The notes under the pieces are model-generated. The model was not told the origin of the DNA. It saw only the letters and a list, made by a program, of their open reading frames with translations, and ran no database searches. A DNA stretch of 62,692 nucleotides, filler included, from Globobulimina sp. (Eukaryota): assembly GCA_003354225.1 (NCBI GenBank). It is 31 parts of 31 records of this genome, joined end to end, with 100 filler letters (N's around TTAATTAATTAA, not from the genome) between each part and the next. Parts side by side here need not be neighbours in the genome. Positions count along the whole stretch, not along the records: positions 22,292 to 24,217 come from PIVH01010523.1; positions 24,318 to 26,243 come from PIVH01010524.1; positions 26,344 to 28,269 come from PIVH01010525.1; positions 28,370 to 30,295 come from PIVH01010526.1; positions 30,396 to 32,321 come from PIVH01010527.1; positions 32,422 to 34,346 come from PIVH01010528.1; positions 34,447 to 36,371 come from PIVH01010529.1; 24 more parts are not named here. One strand, written 5' to 3'. Positions 22,410-35,098 of the stretch are shown piece by piece. A program made the translations under genes and the position numbers. Each line of letters opens with the position of its first letter. Positions within the stretch are counted from its first letter, which is position 1.

Positions 22410-24217
22410 ATGTTTACAACTAGTCCACTACGATTGAGCCTAATGCAGACAACAACACAAGAACAAACAGAGAAAGGAAGTCTTGTCACATTAGAAACAC
22501 CTGAACAACGAATGAAATCACCGACATTGACAGTGCCGCCCAACATATCCGTTACAGATTATGATGATTCTTCATCTCTATCCAGTTATGATAACAACGC
22601 TGAAATGACATCAGATTCATCAGATTGGGATTCATTGTCAGAAGAAATTGGCAATCCATCAGCAGGCCATATTGGCCACGCCCGATCCATGTCTTTAGCC
22701 TCATCCTATTTGCCCAGAAACCATAAAAAACAGAATCCAACACTTTCCATTCCCACATTTTCAAATCTACCAAGTCTCACAGAACAAGCACGGGATAAAA
22801 ATACTGATAACTATTCGCTGCACAGCAACACTCACAACAACGATTTAGATTTATTTTATCCATATCCCAACTTGCAATCATTGCTATTCTCGCAGTATTA
22901 TCCATACACTCTCAATGATTATAAAATCATTGACAACAATCACAATGAGATCAATTCCGATGAATATATTGCCTCCGATGATCCTGACGCAATCACAATG
23001 GATTGGTTTGATGTTGACTCTGTGGACAAATTCAAACAGTTTTTGTCCCAGTTACTAATGACGGCATCCTTTGGCATCGGCGAAGATGAAGTATATTTAA
23101 TGTGTAGCTCACCATCGCCACCATCTATTATACAACAGCTCCGTTTTGGAGTACTAACAGATGTATGCACTATTAATATGGATAGATTTGGGAGACGCTC
23201 GTTTTACTATAAACGTCAACAAAACTCGTCACTTTTCTATAATCATTCACGTCTACCCTCAGAATTGGACAATTTAGTGCTTAATGATGCGAATTTAGTC
23301 ACGTTTATAGAGGAAACGCCTTCGCCTATCACCATCAATGTGGATGACACAAATTATAGCAAACCGAGAATTTATGGTTACTCACCCATTGCACACCAAT
23401 ATCACCTCAAAAATTCTATAAACCGGAAAAAATCCGACATAGTGGCAATGAGTCCGATTCATGACGATTGGAGTCCCATTGCCATTGCACGCCCATTGCA
23501 AATAACTGCACATAATTTATTAGCACCACGTTCAAATAATTCAATTTTAAGCAAAAATGCGTTGCCAAATCTATCTAAAAAGGGCTCAAATTCAGCCAAT
23601 TTTCCATTTTCAAATATTAATTATACCAAAACGTATTTGTATACAAAGTCAAAAACAAATGAAAACGTGAGTGAAAATATTGGGATCATACATAAAATCA
23701 AAGGAAAACGTAAACAGATTATGAAAAATGTGCATGTGGACATTGCCAATGCACAGAAAGTTACGCTAAAACGTAGCAGGAAAAAAACACCCAATCGAAG
23801 GCCACCATCGATGCCCAAACCCACAGTTTCTGACAAAGTGAAACAAAAAATAAAACGCAAAAGAAATAAAAAACAATATAAAAAAAATAATGGAATGGTG
23901 ACAGAACAGGAATTCAAATCAATATCGTTGGCGGATATTATAAATCATAGTGATTTTGTGGATGCGGATAGTAATTATGAGATAGCTAAGACTGTGGCGC
24001 ATTATTTTGATGCCTTATTTAACGATACGGACACCGTGGTTGTATGCAGTGGTATTGACAAAGAGCCAGCTTTGTCATATTGGATAAAGAGCAGTGAATA
24101 TGTGAGAAAGTCGACTCTTTGCATTGGCGATGTGAGTAAAACATTATGTGTATACCGAGCATGTGGCCATACACAAGCAAAAGAGCCTATTATGTCACAA
24201 AAAGTGTTTGAGAAAAA
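22410..24217 (+). CDS. Hypothetical Ser-rich protein, 3'-partial
   Basis: About 600 codons open to the contig end, mostly low complexity. Confidence 0.6.
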
Positions 24218-24317
24218 NNNNNNNNNNNNNNNNNNNNNNNNNNNNNNNNNNNNNNNNNNNNTTAATTAATTAANNNNNNNNNNNNNNNNNNNNNNNNNNN
24301 NNNNNNNNNNNNNNNNN

Positions 24318-25877
24318 AATGATAATAATAATAATAATTCGACGCACCCAACACATTCAAGACAATTGCAATTACAATATGGGCCGCAAAGGCATAAAAA
24401 TGCCATTGTCCATAATAATATTATACCGCTATATGACATGCAAGAGACACAAACAAATATATTAATGTTGCAGTCATTTTCTGTGGACAATATGCCCATT
24501 TCTACAGTTTTAAGCAGTTCATCTGATGAAGAATTGGAAGAGTGTCATTATGAAAAAGAAGAAGAAGAAGAATTGGAACAAGAAGACGATGATGAAATGT
24601 GTTCTGTGAATTGGAATAATATCCGTTTGGGCGCATCGGTGATAAAACATGGCTGGGGCTTGGATATAAATAATGATCCTGACGAGGATGATGATGACAC
24701 CACCTTTGAGTTAGCATACCATACTCTCACAAAGCAAGGCTTGAATATTTATGAGATCCGCGCCGCGATTCGATTGATACGACAGCAGCCCGAACAAATA
24801 CCGCCATTGGAAACCTTCAACACATTAAGCATTAATCATAAGAGAATGATAAATAGTTCAATTAATCCTAAATTTATGCCTCAACAATGGCTGAAAGAGA
24901 AGAATTTAAATAATAACAATAATTCATCCGAATCAGAATCAGAATCATTAAGCAGTGGCCCAAGAACCTCATCGTTAGAAAATGAACTAAAACGAATGAC
25001 ATTAAAACAAGAAAACACAAATTCAGATATCGATTCCGATTCGGATTCGGATTCGCATTCGGATTCAGATGAAAATAACAATGAATACGAATATGAATAT
25101 AAACCAAAGCAAGCAATCAAAGGATACATAGATTTTTTTGATGATAATGAGACATCGAGTGAAGAGGAATCGCAATCCATTACAAAAAGTATAAAAGTCG
25201 AACAAATGTTTGATTTAATTGGATTAAAATCACCGCCAATTGAAAATATGCTCAATAATGACAATGACAACAATGAGAATACTGAGAATGATGCAAATGT
25301 AAATGGAGTACACAGAGTGAATAGAATAGGATTGGTGCAAAGTGCAAATGGTGAGCTTGTTATAATGGATAAAAAGGGAAACATTGTAGCTACACCAAAT
25401 GGTGTAAATGGTTTTGATGAGAATATAGATTTTTATCATCAAAGTAGTAGCGACGGAGAGTACTCTCAATATGAATACGAATATGAATATGACCATGAAT
25501 ATGAACATGAATTGGATGGTATTGGAGTATCGAGTTATATTTGTACAGACGGTGCGGATATGATTGATAATGATTGTATACCTCAAGTTATGTTAAAATA
25601 TTCAGCTGAAGGTACACTGAGTGATACAGGGAATAATTATAACAATAATCAGAGTAATAACCGGCTATCAAAGGTAAAAAATATTATGCATCATTTAAGA
25701 AATAATAATAATAAATTAGTAGGTTTAAAGAATTCTTTTCGTGGATTAACAATCAAAACCAATGTTAAATCAATATTTAAGAAAATGTCACCATCACCAA
25801 ACCACACACCTGATACTGACACATCACATAATATAAAACAAAACCAATTGCAATTTAATGATGATAAAACTGATTAA
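24318..25877 (+). CDS. Hypothetical acidic/Asn-rich protein, probably 5'-partial
   Basis: 503-aa ORF with SD, EY and poly-N repeats. Confidence 0.6.
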   Translation, partial: NDNNNNNSTHPTHSRQLQLQYGPQRHKNAIVHNNIIPLYDMQETQTNILMLQSFSVDNMPISTVLSSSSDEELEECHYEKEEEEELEQEDDDEMCSVNWNNIRLGASVIKHGWGLDINNDPDEDDDDTTFELAYHTLTKQGLNIYEIRAAIRLIRQQPEQIPPLETFNTLSINHKRMINSSINPKFMPQQWLKEKNLNNNNNSSESESESLSSGPRTSSLENELKRMTLKQENTNSDIDSDSDSDSHSDSDENNNEYEYEYKPKQAIKGYIDFFDDNETSSEEESQSITKSIKVEQMFDLIGLKSPPIENMLNNDNDNNENTENDANVNGVHRVNRIGLVQSANGELVIMDKKGNIVATPNGVNGFDENIDFYHQSSSDGEYSQYEYEYEYDHEYEHELDGIGVSSYICTDGADMIDNDCIPQVMLKYSAEGTLSDTGNNYNNNQSNNRLSKVKNIMHHLRNNNNKLVGLKNSFRGLTIKTNVKSIFKKMSPSPNHTPDTDTSHNIKQNQLQFNDDKTD

Positions 25878-26343
25878 TTTTATTATATACATATATTATA
25901 TATTTTGGGTGGTTTGTGTATACTTTACTCTTCGTGTGTTATTTGTTTTCGTTTTCCTTTACTGGTTAATAAATAAGTTTTATACCTCGTTTTGTTTTGG
26001 TTTTAAGAAATATCGACCAAAATTCACGGTAAATTGAACAGTTCGATTTTACATTTGAAAGCAACGTAGTATCACTAGTATGGATACCAAACCTTGAAAT
26101 GACGTACGGTACATATAAATTTAAAAGGGCGACTACAGGAGAGTGATTTGCCCAGAACTGGCTGCAAGTCGTCAAATTATTTAGGTTCAATTCCTTGTTT
26201 TTGGTTATTTTTCCAAATGTGCTCATTATTTCAATACAAATATNNNNNNNNNNNNNNNNNNNNNNNNNNNNNNNNNNNNNNNNNNNNTTAATTAATTAAN
26301 NNNNNNNNNNNNNNNNNNNNNNNNNNNNNNNNNNNNNNNNNNN

Positions 26344-27809
26344 ATAATGATGGTGATGGTGATGGTGATGGTGATGGTGATGGTGACGATGTTGTTGTTC
26401 CTCATATTATCGATGAATTACCAGATATTAATTATAATCATATTGGTACTGATATTGATGGAGTGTATGAGTTTGGTGTAAGATTTCTTTATTGGGAAAA
26501 ATATAAATTAAGTAAATACTATGTTTTCCCAAAATTTGCAGGCGGTTTAAAAGAAGAATTATTGGATCCAGAGAAAAATGAATTGTTCAAATTATCAGAT
26601 TGGCAAAGTGTTTATGATAAATCCATTATTTATTTGGATAGTTATCATGGCCGACATTTAGTTTGTAATAAAAGTCCCTTAGTTAATGATTATAAAATAA
26701 ATCTAAATCAAAGCTTGTCAATATTTCATATGATATCCTTAGTAATATATTGTAATTTTGATAAGTTACAATTTTTTATGAAAGAATCATTTCGTAAAAT
26801 AAGAAAGAATGAATCTTTGTTATCCATAAAAACTAGAAATGGAAGTTATGCCAATTGGAGCAAATTATTGCGAGAAAGTGTTGAAATTTATGGCAAATTA
26901 ATGAGAGATAATAAGGAAATGAAATTCTATCATGGAGTGGTCGGTGAATTTGTATTTCCGTCGACTGTGACAAAATTTTGTACACCAACATCATTTTCCG
27001 CCTCTTTAAGAGTGGCAGTGTCAGTGTCAGTGTCAAAAGGTATAATTGTTGAACTTGAAATGTATGATTTAGATGTTGCGTATTTTGATTGTCGATATAT
27101 ATCTCATCATAGTAATCAACAACAAGAGCATATAGTTTGTGGTGGATATCAATGCTTTATCATAACAAATATTATCTTAATTCGTTTGCAACATAATTAT
27201 AAACAATATTTAGATGCAATCAATATTATAATATCAGTAGTAAGCGGTCGGTTTATTGCCGACAAAATACCAATACCTCAACAAACAATCCAAATAATAA
27301 ACGCATTGATAAATTACTGTATGATATCAACCAAAGCAATTGCAAATCCATTCAAAATTCCGCAATATGTATTAAAGTTATTTAATTGTATTCGAATTAA
27401 TTGGAATAAAGAAATAAAAATATCACTCTCTCAGTTAAGAGATAAAAATTATTCTCAAATATTTGTTGATGATGGTGATGAAAAATGGGTAGATTTAGAT
27501 ATTATTACTAAAGTATTTGTTTCTTGCACAACAATTATAATTTGTGGCAAGTATGGAACTGATGACATTTTATTAGCCAATAAAACTTTGGATAAATTAT
27601 TTTTATTTTTATCAAATTTAAGCAGCAAATTAAATCAAATCATATTTGAAACACCAAATCAATCATTACTTAATGGACAAAATGTAGAACTTAAATACAA
27701 ATTAAAATTTGAAAAATTAAATTTTAGAATTAATTATCAAGAAACAAATAATGAAGGCATATCTTCAATATCTATTACAAAAACGGATATCAATGAAACA
27801 ATTCAGTAA
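26344..27809 (+). CDS. ADP-ribosyltransferase-fold-like protein (H-S-E variant), 5'-partial
   Basis: MKFYHGV...FCTPTSFSASLRVA...GIIVEL...FDCRYISHHSNQQQEHIV mirrors the R-S-E ART layout (YRG / STS / E-x-E); (GATGGT)x6 encodes a DG repeat at the start. Confidence 0.55.
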
Positions 27810-28420
27810 TAGTATTGGTTAGTTTCTTTCTAGTATTTTTATTTTATTTTTGGTTTTTTAGTGTGAAATCTTTCATTATATTTTTATACTCTTAGTTTCA
27901 ATCCATTTTAATCTGTTGAGTTTGCGACATTTTGTACAGATTTTTCAAAATGTCAATAAGGGGTTGTTCTTATATTGCGCAATATAAATTGAGACGTAGG
28001 ATGCTGGACCTGCGACCACTACGCTCCTTTATACTAATTTTCATAATCATTGTCATTCATGTTTTAGGATCAGTAGACTTTTGGAATTTTGTAACTTTGC
28101 GATTCTTCTGTCCCGCCGCAGATAGAAACGTTTCTCAAGGTTTTGAGCACGTTTTCTGTCAATCAGCAACGCATTTCTGTACATACGCAAAGTTCTAAAA
28201 GTCATGGAATTCCTAAAAACTACAATGATTATGAAAAGAAACTGAGCGACAATGATTTTGAAAATATGTNNNNNNNNNNNNNNNNNNNNNNNNNNNNNNN
28301 NNNNNNNNNNNNNTTAATTAATTAANNNNNNNNNNNNNNNNNNNNNNNNNNNNNNNNNNNNNNNNNNNNCAGATTTCCTGCATGTATACTGTAGTAAGGA
28401 ATGGCACTGTAATTTTTTCT

Positions 28421-30281
28421 TTTGGCAAATGCTGGCAACTTCTAAACCACACCTCCAACACCTCCACACCTCCTACACCTCCAACACCTCCAAACACTCC
28501 GCGTGGTGTAAACATTGAAAAGTTCTAAATAGCAGCACGAGAGTTGCAATTTTGTTGTTTGCTTGCGATCAACGTTGTGAAATTAGTCGCTTGCACGTTT
28601 TTAATCATAAATAATCGTATTAAATTAAAATTGGAACAATTATTTGAACAAAGAAATTGAAATATATTTAATTATGAGTGAAACTACAGAAACATCGAAA
28701 AGGGAGCGTTTTGTCACCGGAACATCACCAACTGTGTCTCCTGAAAGTAAACGGCAAAAATCTGAAGATGTAATAGATCTAACGACACCTCCTAAACAGG
28801 GTTAGTTGATATATAATTCATACATATTCGACCAAACACACCTATGTTGCTAAGAAATAGCTAAAAAAACGAAAATTTACATCATTTTTGCCTTTATTTC
28901 ACCGAAAAATACCAAATTTCGCGCTGAATTCCAAAAATCGCCAAATTTCGCGCTGCTTGTCACGGATTTCGCGGATTTTGAGGCCCTGCAGGTATGATCG
29001 TGTTTGTTTATAGGCACTGATTCATATTTGGGTTGCCCAATACATACATGGGCAGGGGGGATTTAACCAAACACCAAATTTGGAAAACGACCCCAAACTT
29101 TGTGGTCACCCGAAATTTTTGGCGATTTCGTATTCAGCGTTGAGTGATCAGTTACTGCTGAATTCGACCGGTGAAGGTCGATGGGTGGATGGTTTGTACA
29201 TACCTTCGGCATCAGAGGTTGCGGCTCTCTCTCCAAAGAAAAACTTCCCGCCCACCTGTGTTCACTCAACCATTTCACAATGGAAACAAATTTACTCTCT
29301 CATTTGTCAAAGATGTCTGGGCTGCTGGTTCCAAGGCTAAGGAATGCAAACATTGCAAAGTACATAAAATTATTATACATACTACATAAATACAAAATGG
29401 TACATATAAATTGTTTTAGACTTATTTCATTTTGGATCATCTTGTACCCCCAGAAGATCTGTGTTTAGTTCACAAAGAACGGATGCCTGTACCAGAAGCG
29501 CATGGCGGATTCCACTACACTTCAAAAGAAAATCCAGCTTTTTACTGCACTGTCGTTACAGCTGCATTATGCAGCGATATCCATATTTTCGTTCAAGCTG
29601 GGTTGAAATCTCTCCAATTGTTAAACAAAGACTGAACGAAATGCATAAAAATCATATCAAGGAACAATTAGGAATTGTTTTTATGTGTACATAGTTGTGT
29701 ACTTGATATATGTGAACATATTCGTTGTAATGTAGTCAGGTATAATCTAGTGTCTAGTGTGTATTCTTGTCTGTTGTTTCTTGAAAAGAACGAAAATTTA
29801 CTAATTTTAAATGCAAATGTTTATATTGTCATGAAGCATAAATGTATTTGTTGTTTGTAGAAAAAACGTATAACGTTTGTGATTCTGTATTGCTTCATTA
29901 TTTTCATTATTATATGGTTGGCGAAATTTTACTTTTTTCTTGGCGAATTTTCAAAATATTTATTTTGTTTGGATCATAAAAGTGTTGCTTAGTATAAATA
30001 AAATGTATTTGCGATTCTAATTTGCTTCATTTTTACTAAACACACATGAATTATTGCATGAATTAATTTTTTGTTTTGACGCAATTTTTATTTAAAAAAT
30101 AATATCCGATTTTGAATTTACCGCCATTTGGTTTATATCTTTGCCGTCGTTTAGTTGATATATTTTCACAGATTTGCGTATTTTATCACATACCGTAATT
30201 TGGTGTGGATTACGGTAGATTTAGTGTAGCTGGTGTAGTTGGTGTAGCTGGTGTAGTTAGTGTAGATTAGCATTTGCCAAA
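28421..30281 (+). mobile_element. Degenerate TIR DNA transposon with subterminal ACACC repeats and a disrupted PARP-type-ZnF-like gene
   Basis: TTTGGCAAATGCT (28421-28433) and AGCATTTGCCAAA (30269-30281) are inverted copies, each flanked inwards by ACACC/GGTGT arrays. Internal exons KECKHCK|TYFILDHLVPPEDLCLVHKER...HCRYSCIMQRYPYF carry frameshifts. Confidence 0.6.
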
Positions 30282-30395
30282 TAAAGTTGTTTTCTNNNNN
30301 NNNNNNNNNNNNNNNNNNNNNNNNNNNNNNNNNNNNNNNTTAATTAATTAANNNNNNNNNNNNNNNNNNNNNNNNNNNNNNNNNNNNNNNNNNNN

Positions 30396-30627
30396 CTTTT
30401 TTAAATGTTTTTATTTTTGTTATTTGTTTAATATCTTCATTTCCTCCATTACCTTGTTGTCCCTCCTCATTCGCACCAATAGAATACAATTCAAATGTTG
30501 TATATATTATATACTGGAATGCATGAATGACACTAATAATATCTCTATGGATGTATTGAGACCTAGATTTTCTAACATATCCACTTACTAATAATTGGGA
30601 CCGTCTTTTCCTGACAGCATTGTTCAT
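30396..30627 (-). CDS. RCC1-repeat protein with the N-terminal GYxR motif, 3'-partial
   Basis: LLVSGYVRK...IHRDIISVIHAF then LYSIGANEEGQQGNG (start of an RCC1 repeat). Confidence 0.7.
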
Positions 30628-30755
30628 GTTTTGTTAAAGGGCCGAAACTTAATTGTTGCTTAGACGTCACTTCCTTGGTGATATTGCAGTGAACATTTCT
30701 CTAAAATTAAACAAACACTCTCAAGAAGAAGAGGATGGATTTATTGTGTCTTTCA

Positions 30756-31382
30756 TCATAATCTGTTATTCTCTGCAGCTAATTTGACCAATTGTCGATT
30801 GAATGTGGCATTTTTTAGTATCGATACTTGTCGTTTTTGTCTTACCATATCAATGGCATCCAATATCCGCAGCTTTTCATATTTTATTAAATATCCAACA
30901 ACAATGGATACGGATCGGTTTACGCCACTCACACAATGCACCAATATCTTTTTATTTTCATTCCTACATTTTTCAATGAACTTAAATGACTGTTTTCCGT
31001 GTTTATCAATTATTGGATAGTCATTTTGATCAATGGCATTTATTACTTTTCTTTTGAAATTGTTTGGCCATTTGATTCGATTAAATTCCATTTCTAAGCC
31101 TTTACCTCCACAATTTAGAATTCTCTCAATGCCAATTCCATTTAATTTATCGATATCTTTAGCAAATTGATAGTTTGACACATATAAAAAACCAGCAATT
31201 ATTTCCGCAAAATCAATATTATCATTACAATTGTATTTGCTATTTATTTGTTTGACATATAATTGTATACTATCCGCAGTAACTTTTGGTTTCAATGATG
31301 CGTACCAAGTGTTTATAACAATACATCCAATTCCTATTCCTACGCATATTGTCGCAAGCTGAGTTAGCTGACTGTGTGACAT
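30756..31382 (-). CDS. Dual-specificity protein phosphatase with N-terminal TM/signal anchor
   Basis: EIIAGFLYVSN, GIERILNC, KKILVHCVSGVNRSVSIVVGYLI (HCx5R), KNATFNRQL. Confidence 0.93.
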   Translation of the reverse strand: MSHSQLTQLATICVGIGIGCIVINTWYASLKPKVTADSIQLYVKQINSKYNCNDNIDFAEIIAGFLYVSNYQFAKDIDKLNGIGIERILNCGGKGLEMEFNRIKWPNNFKRKVINAIDQNDYPIIDKHGKQSFKFIEKCRNENKKILVHCVSGVNRSVSIVVGYLIKYEKLRILDAIDMVRQKRQVSILKNATFNRQLVKLAAENNRL

Positions 31383-31439
31383 TATTAGACCACTCTTTGA
31401 ATTTGAAAAAACTAAAAGTTGTTTAGTCAGGTTTGCGTA

Positions 31440-31919
31440 ATGGACAGCCGCGCCAACTCTCTGTGTATTCTCGTTTTAGCATGCACATTACCAGCCGTTA
31501 TCGTTTTAACAAACACTAATTCATACATCCAAGGATTGGCATCATGTGTGGTTGGAGCATATTTAACATTTACCGTATATTTTATTTATTTAGCAAAAAA
31601 AGATGCTTGGTATTGGTATGTACTCTTAAGTACAAGGGACAGTGAAGAATTTGCCCGCTTAGTTCGGGCCCGGCGAGAATATATGTTTAATACATTACGG
31701 CCAGGTGGTAATATACCAGAAAGTTTATATCAAAGTATGGCACAATCATTGATGTTGTATTTTCTCCATCATTTAACAGCTGATCCGGCCCAAAATAACG
31801 TACCTGTTATAGACGACATTTATGATTTACAAAATGCGTGTTTCGGCCATGTGCTTTTTTCTATCGCGGCAAGCCATACAGCAGATATGCTCGTAATGGC
31901 TCTTGATGACTCTTATTAA
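31440..31919 (+). CDS. Hypothetical 2-TM protein
   Basis: ATG at 31440, two hydrophobic helices, divergent from the DUSP. Confidence 0.5.
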   Translation: MDSRANSLCILVLACTLPAVIVLTNTNSYIQGLASCVVGAYLTFTVYFIYLAKKDAWYWYVLLSTRDSEEFARLVRARREYMFNTLRPGGNIPESLYQSMAQSLMLYFLHHLTADPAQNNVPVIDDIYDLQNACFGHVLFSIAASHTADMLVMALDDSY

Positions 31920-32674
31920 TAAATAAATGTCTCTTATTAAGTAATTTATGTACATATAATTAATATAGATTCAATTAATAGTGATACATTAATGGACCTT
32001 TTTGATTTGTTTGTGATATTATGTATCATGTGCAAATCGTACCTAATTTGAGCTTGCTTGTCCAAATATTTAATTTTTAATTCTTTTTGATATTCTCTTT
32101 GTTTTTTTTTTGTTTTATTTTGATTAATTGAATTTAAATAAATAAGTAAACAATTATATTAATATACAGCAAAACAATTTCGCTTTTTCCGATGACTACT
32201 AGTAAATTCCCGACATTAGGCAGCATAGAAAAGTTATTCAATATCAGCAAGATTGAAGCAAAGAAATTGACGTTGAGATATTTTGCAACTCGCCAACGTG
32301 AGAAGGAATATATTTTGATGGNNNNNNNNNNNNNNNNNNNNNNNNNNNNNNNNNNNNNNNNNNNNTTAATTAATTAANNNNNNNNNNNNNNNNNNNNNNN
32401 NNNNNNNNNNNNNNNNNNNNNGAATTAAAACTGAACACAATGCTATCTACGATATTTAAATTAACAAACATTACAATGATAAGATAACACAACTTATTCT
32501 TTATAAACAACAAATATCCCTCTCCACTTAAAACAGCACAATCTGACCACCAAATTAACAAATTAATTATCATTAAAAAAAAAACAAAAAAAACAATCAA
32601 AAACAAATTAAATTACACAAAAAAAAGCCAACAAACAAATATTTATTTTTTATTATATAACAAAATAAAATATC

Positions 32675-34346
32675 TTAACTTTCAATGCGATTCAATCGTT
32701 CCGGGTGTACTCCGTTTAACTCATTACTTACTTCTTTCGTACTACTCTCCAACGTCGATATCGTTGTAGTTGTCGTTGTCTGCACGGCTGAATCCTCCCT
32801 CCTTCCTTTCCCTTTTCCTCTCCCCTCATCACTCTCATACTCACTGCTCTCGCTATCACTATCACTGTCACTCTCCGACTCCGACGACTCACTCTCACGG
32901 AACTTGCGTCGACTCCGCCTATCCCGGTCTCGCTCCCTCCGCCTCCCTCTCATATCCCTTCTATCCCGATACCGATCGCGGTAATCTCTCCTATGATTAT
33001 TGTACCGCATATCCCTGCGACCTCTGTAATTATTATACCCTCCGCGCCTTCCACCAAAATGTCCATTGTCGCCACGCGATATCACTCTCCTCCGATTATT
33101 GCCTCTCTCCTCCCTTCGATGCACACGCTCTCTATCACGCTCTCTATTTTTATGCAGTTCCCGCTCTTTCTCCTTCTCCTTCTCCTTCTCCCTATGTCTA
33201 TGCATTTGCCTTTCTTTCTCCTTCTCCTTCTCCGCTCTCTCACGCTCTGCTCTCTCTTTCTCTTTTTCTATCTGCGCCTTTTGCTGCTGCTCCGTATACA
33301 TTTTATACCGCTCCATTTCCTCCGCACCCAACGCCTTCACTCTCTGCTCATTCTGCTCCCTCTCATCGCCGCCCACAACCTGCCAAAACACAAACGGTTT
33401 ACACTGCGTCATATTGAACAGCTCGCTCGGTGTCTTACTCTTTCTTTTCAGGGCAACCCGCACCTTCTCCTCCTTCACCATACGAACGTCGCCGCTGCCA
33501 TGTCTCAGTTGTTTCGTATCAAACGATCGCGGTCTCTGCGCAGTGCCGCTTTTGCCATCACGCATATTATTATTCCCCTCCATGATAAACGTCATCGCCT
33601 CCACCATCTTCACGTGTTTTACCTGCAATTTCCCCGCATGGATCTGCGGGATATTGGGCGGGAAAAACGTGCCATTCATGCCGCCCTTGCATTTATCCGC
33701 ACTCTCTGACGAGACATAGATGACAAAGCAATGCGATTTGATCGCATTCATTCGGAAGGATTTGTACGCGCCGTATTTGTCCAATTCTTGCTGCACCTTT
33801 TTCGTTTGCAGCGGGCGGCGGAACCCATCGATGAATAAGGCACAGCCGGCCACAGTGTCCATTTTCTGACTGTCCGCAGTGTGCTTGATGTCATGTGAGC
33901 TGTCGTTTAAATCCATGTTTGTATCCACATCCACGTCGACGTCGGCTGCTTCTTCTTCGTCGCGTTGATGTGGCGGTATGTATAGCCGACTGGTGTCGGA
34001 TAACGAGGATTGAATCACAATCCTCGCTCCAACGCCAAAAGTGGCCGTTTTTGTGTGTTTGGGGGATTTTGGGGGTGATTGGGTCGGGGCGTTGTTTTCG
34101 GGATTGTTATCGGTGTTATTCAACCGGCGACGTTTATGAGATGGGTTATTCTCAGAATCTACCTCGAAATCGCGGACCGAGCGTTTTTTGGTGTGGTTGG
34201 TGGTGGCGATGGGTGCGGAGGCGGTGTTTGTGGGAGTATGGGACTTCGAATTTGAATTTGAATGAGATTTTTGTTGTTTTAATAGCTTTTCGCGTAATAA
34301 ACGAGCACGCATAGCGGCCAATTTTTTATCGCGGGCTTCGGCTTCG
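32675..34346 (-). CDS. Acinus (ACIN1)-like RRM + RSB motif + RS/RD-rich protein, 5'-partial
   Basis: RRM ALFIDGFRRPL...MNAIKSHCFVIY...MNGTFFPP; RSB-like PSELFNMTQCKPFVFW; long RE/RD tail. Confidence 0.8.
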
Positions 34347-34447
34347 NNNNNNNNNNNNNNNNNNNNNNNNNNNNNNNNNNNNNNNNNNNNTTAATTAATT
34401 AANNNNNNNNNNNNNNNNNNNNNNNNNNNNNNNNNNNNNNNNNNNNT

Positions 34448-35098
34448 ACTGTTCGTACTTATATAAGACGGTACCAGAATGCCAAAAACACTGATAAATG
34501 GATAGAACCTCTCAAACTGCGAGTTCATCATTATAACCGCACAGTTTCAAGAGTAACTGGACAGAAACCTATAGACATACTCAAAGATGGTGAAGCTGAT
34601 CAAGCTGCTTTTGATAAAATGTATGGCTCAGAGGAAAAAGATGAGAAAGAAGCCCCAAAGAAAGATGACCCCATTGTTGGAGACCATGTTAGACTATCAC
34701 GAATCAAAGGACAATTTGATAAAGAATCTGGACCTTCTGGAAACTATACCAGAGAATACTTCACTGTGAAAGATGTATCAAGAAGCCAGAAGATTCCCAT
34801 GTTTGGATTGAAAGATTCCAAAGGAAAAGCCTTGGAGGGCAGAGCCTATGGTGCTGAGATACAGAAAATCCATGTGGAACCAGAAAAAGACTTCTTCGAA
34901 GTATCAAAAGTATGGCGAAAGAAGAAAGTTCGTGGCAAACAAATGGCTCTAGTTTCATGGGTATGTTATCACTGATTCAGTCATATATTCAATCAATAGT
35001 TATTGCAGGTTGGATACACTAGAAGACATGATACTTGGATCCCTGTAACCGATTTGAAAACCTTGCAGCCAGATACTAGAAATATTGGACTTCAATAA
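34448..35098 (+). mobile_element. Polinton/Maverick-type rve integrase C-terminus + chromodomain, 5'-partial, intron 34961..35008
   Basis: TVRTYIRRY..NTDKWIEPL..YNRTVSRVTGQKP; VGDHVRLSRIKGQFDK..NYTREYFTV..LKDSKGKALEGRAYGAEIQ; spliced chromodomain FEVSKV..LVSW|VGYTRRHDTWIP. Confidence 0.85.

Noticed and set aside
23950-24170. Dynein light chain LC8-like fold at the end of the 22410 ORF (EIAKTVAHYFDALF)
   Set aside because: The resemblance is too weak without a profile search.
28797-28988. CAGGG...CCCTG as a nested hAT MITE
   Set aside because: Only 5 nt of terminal match and no 8-bp TSD; it may be a fragment but I cannot support it.
32685-33719. Several 200-aa plus-strand ORFs
   Set aside because: Antisense shadows of the purine-rich RE/RD region of the Acinus-like gene.
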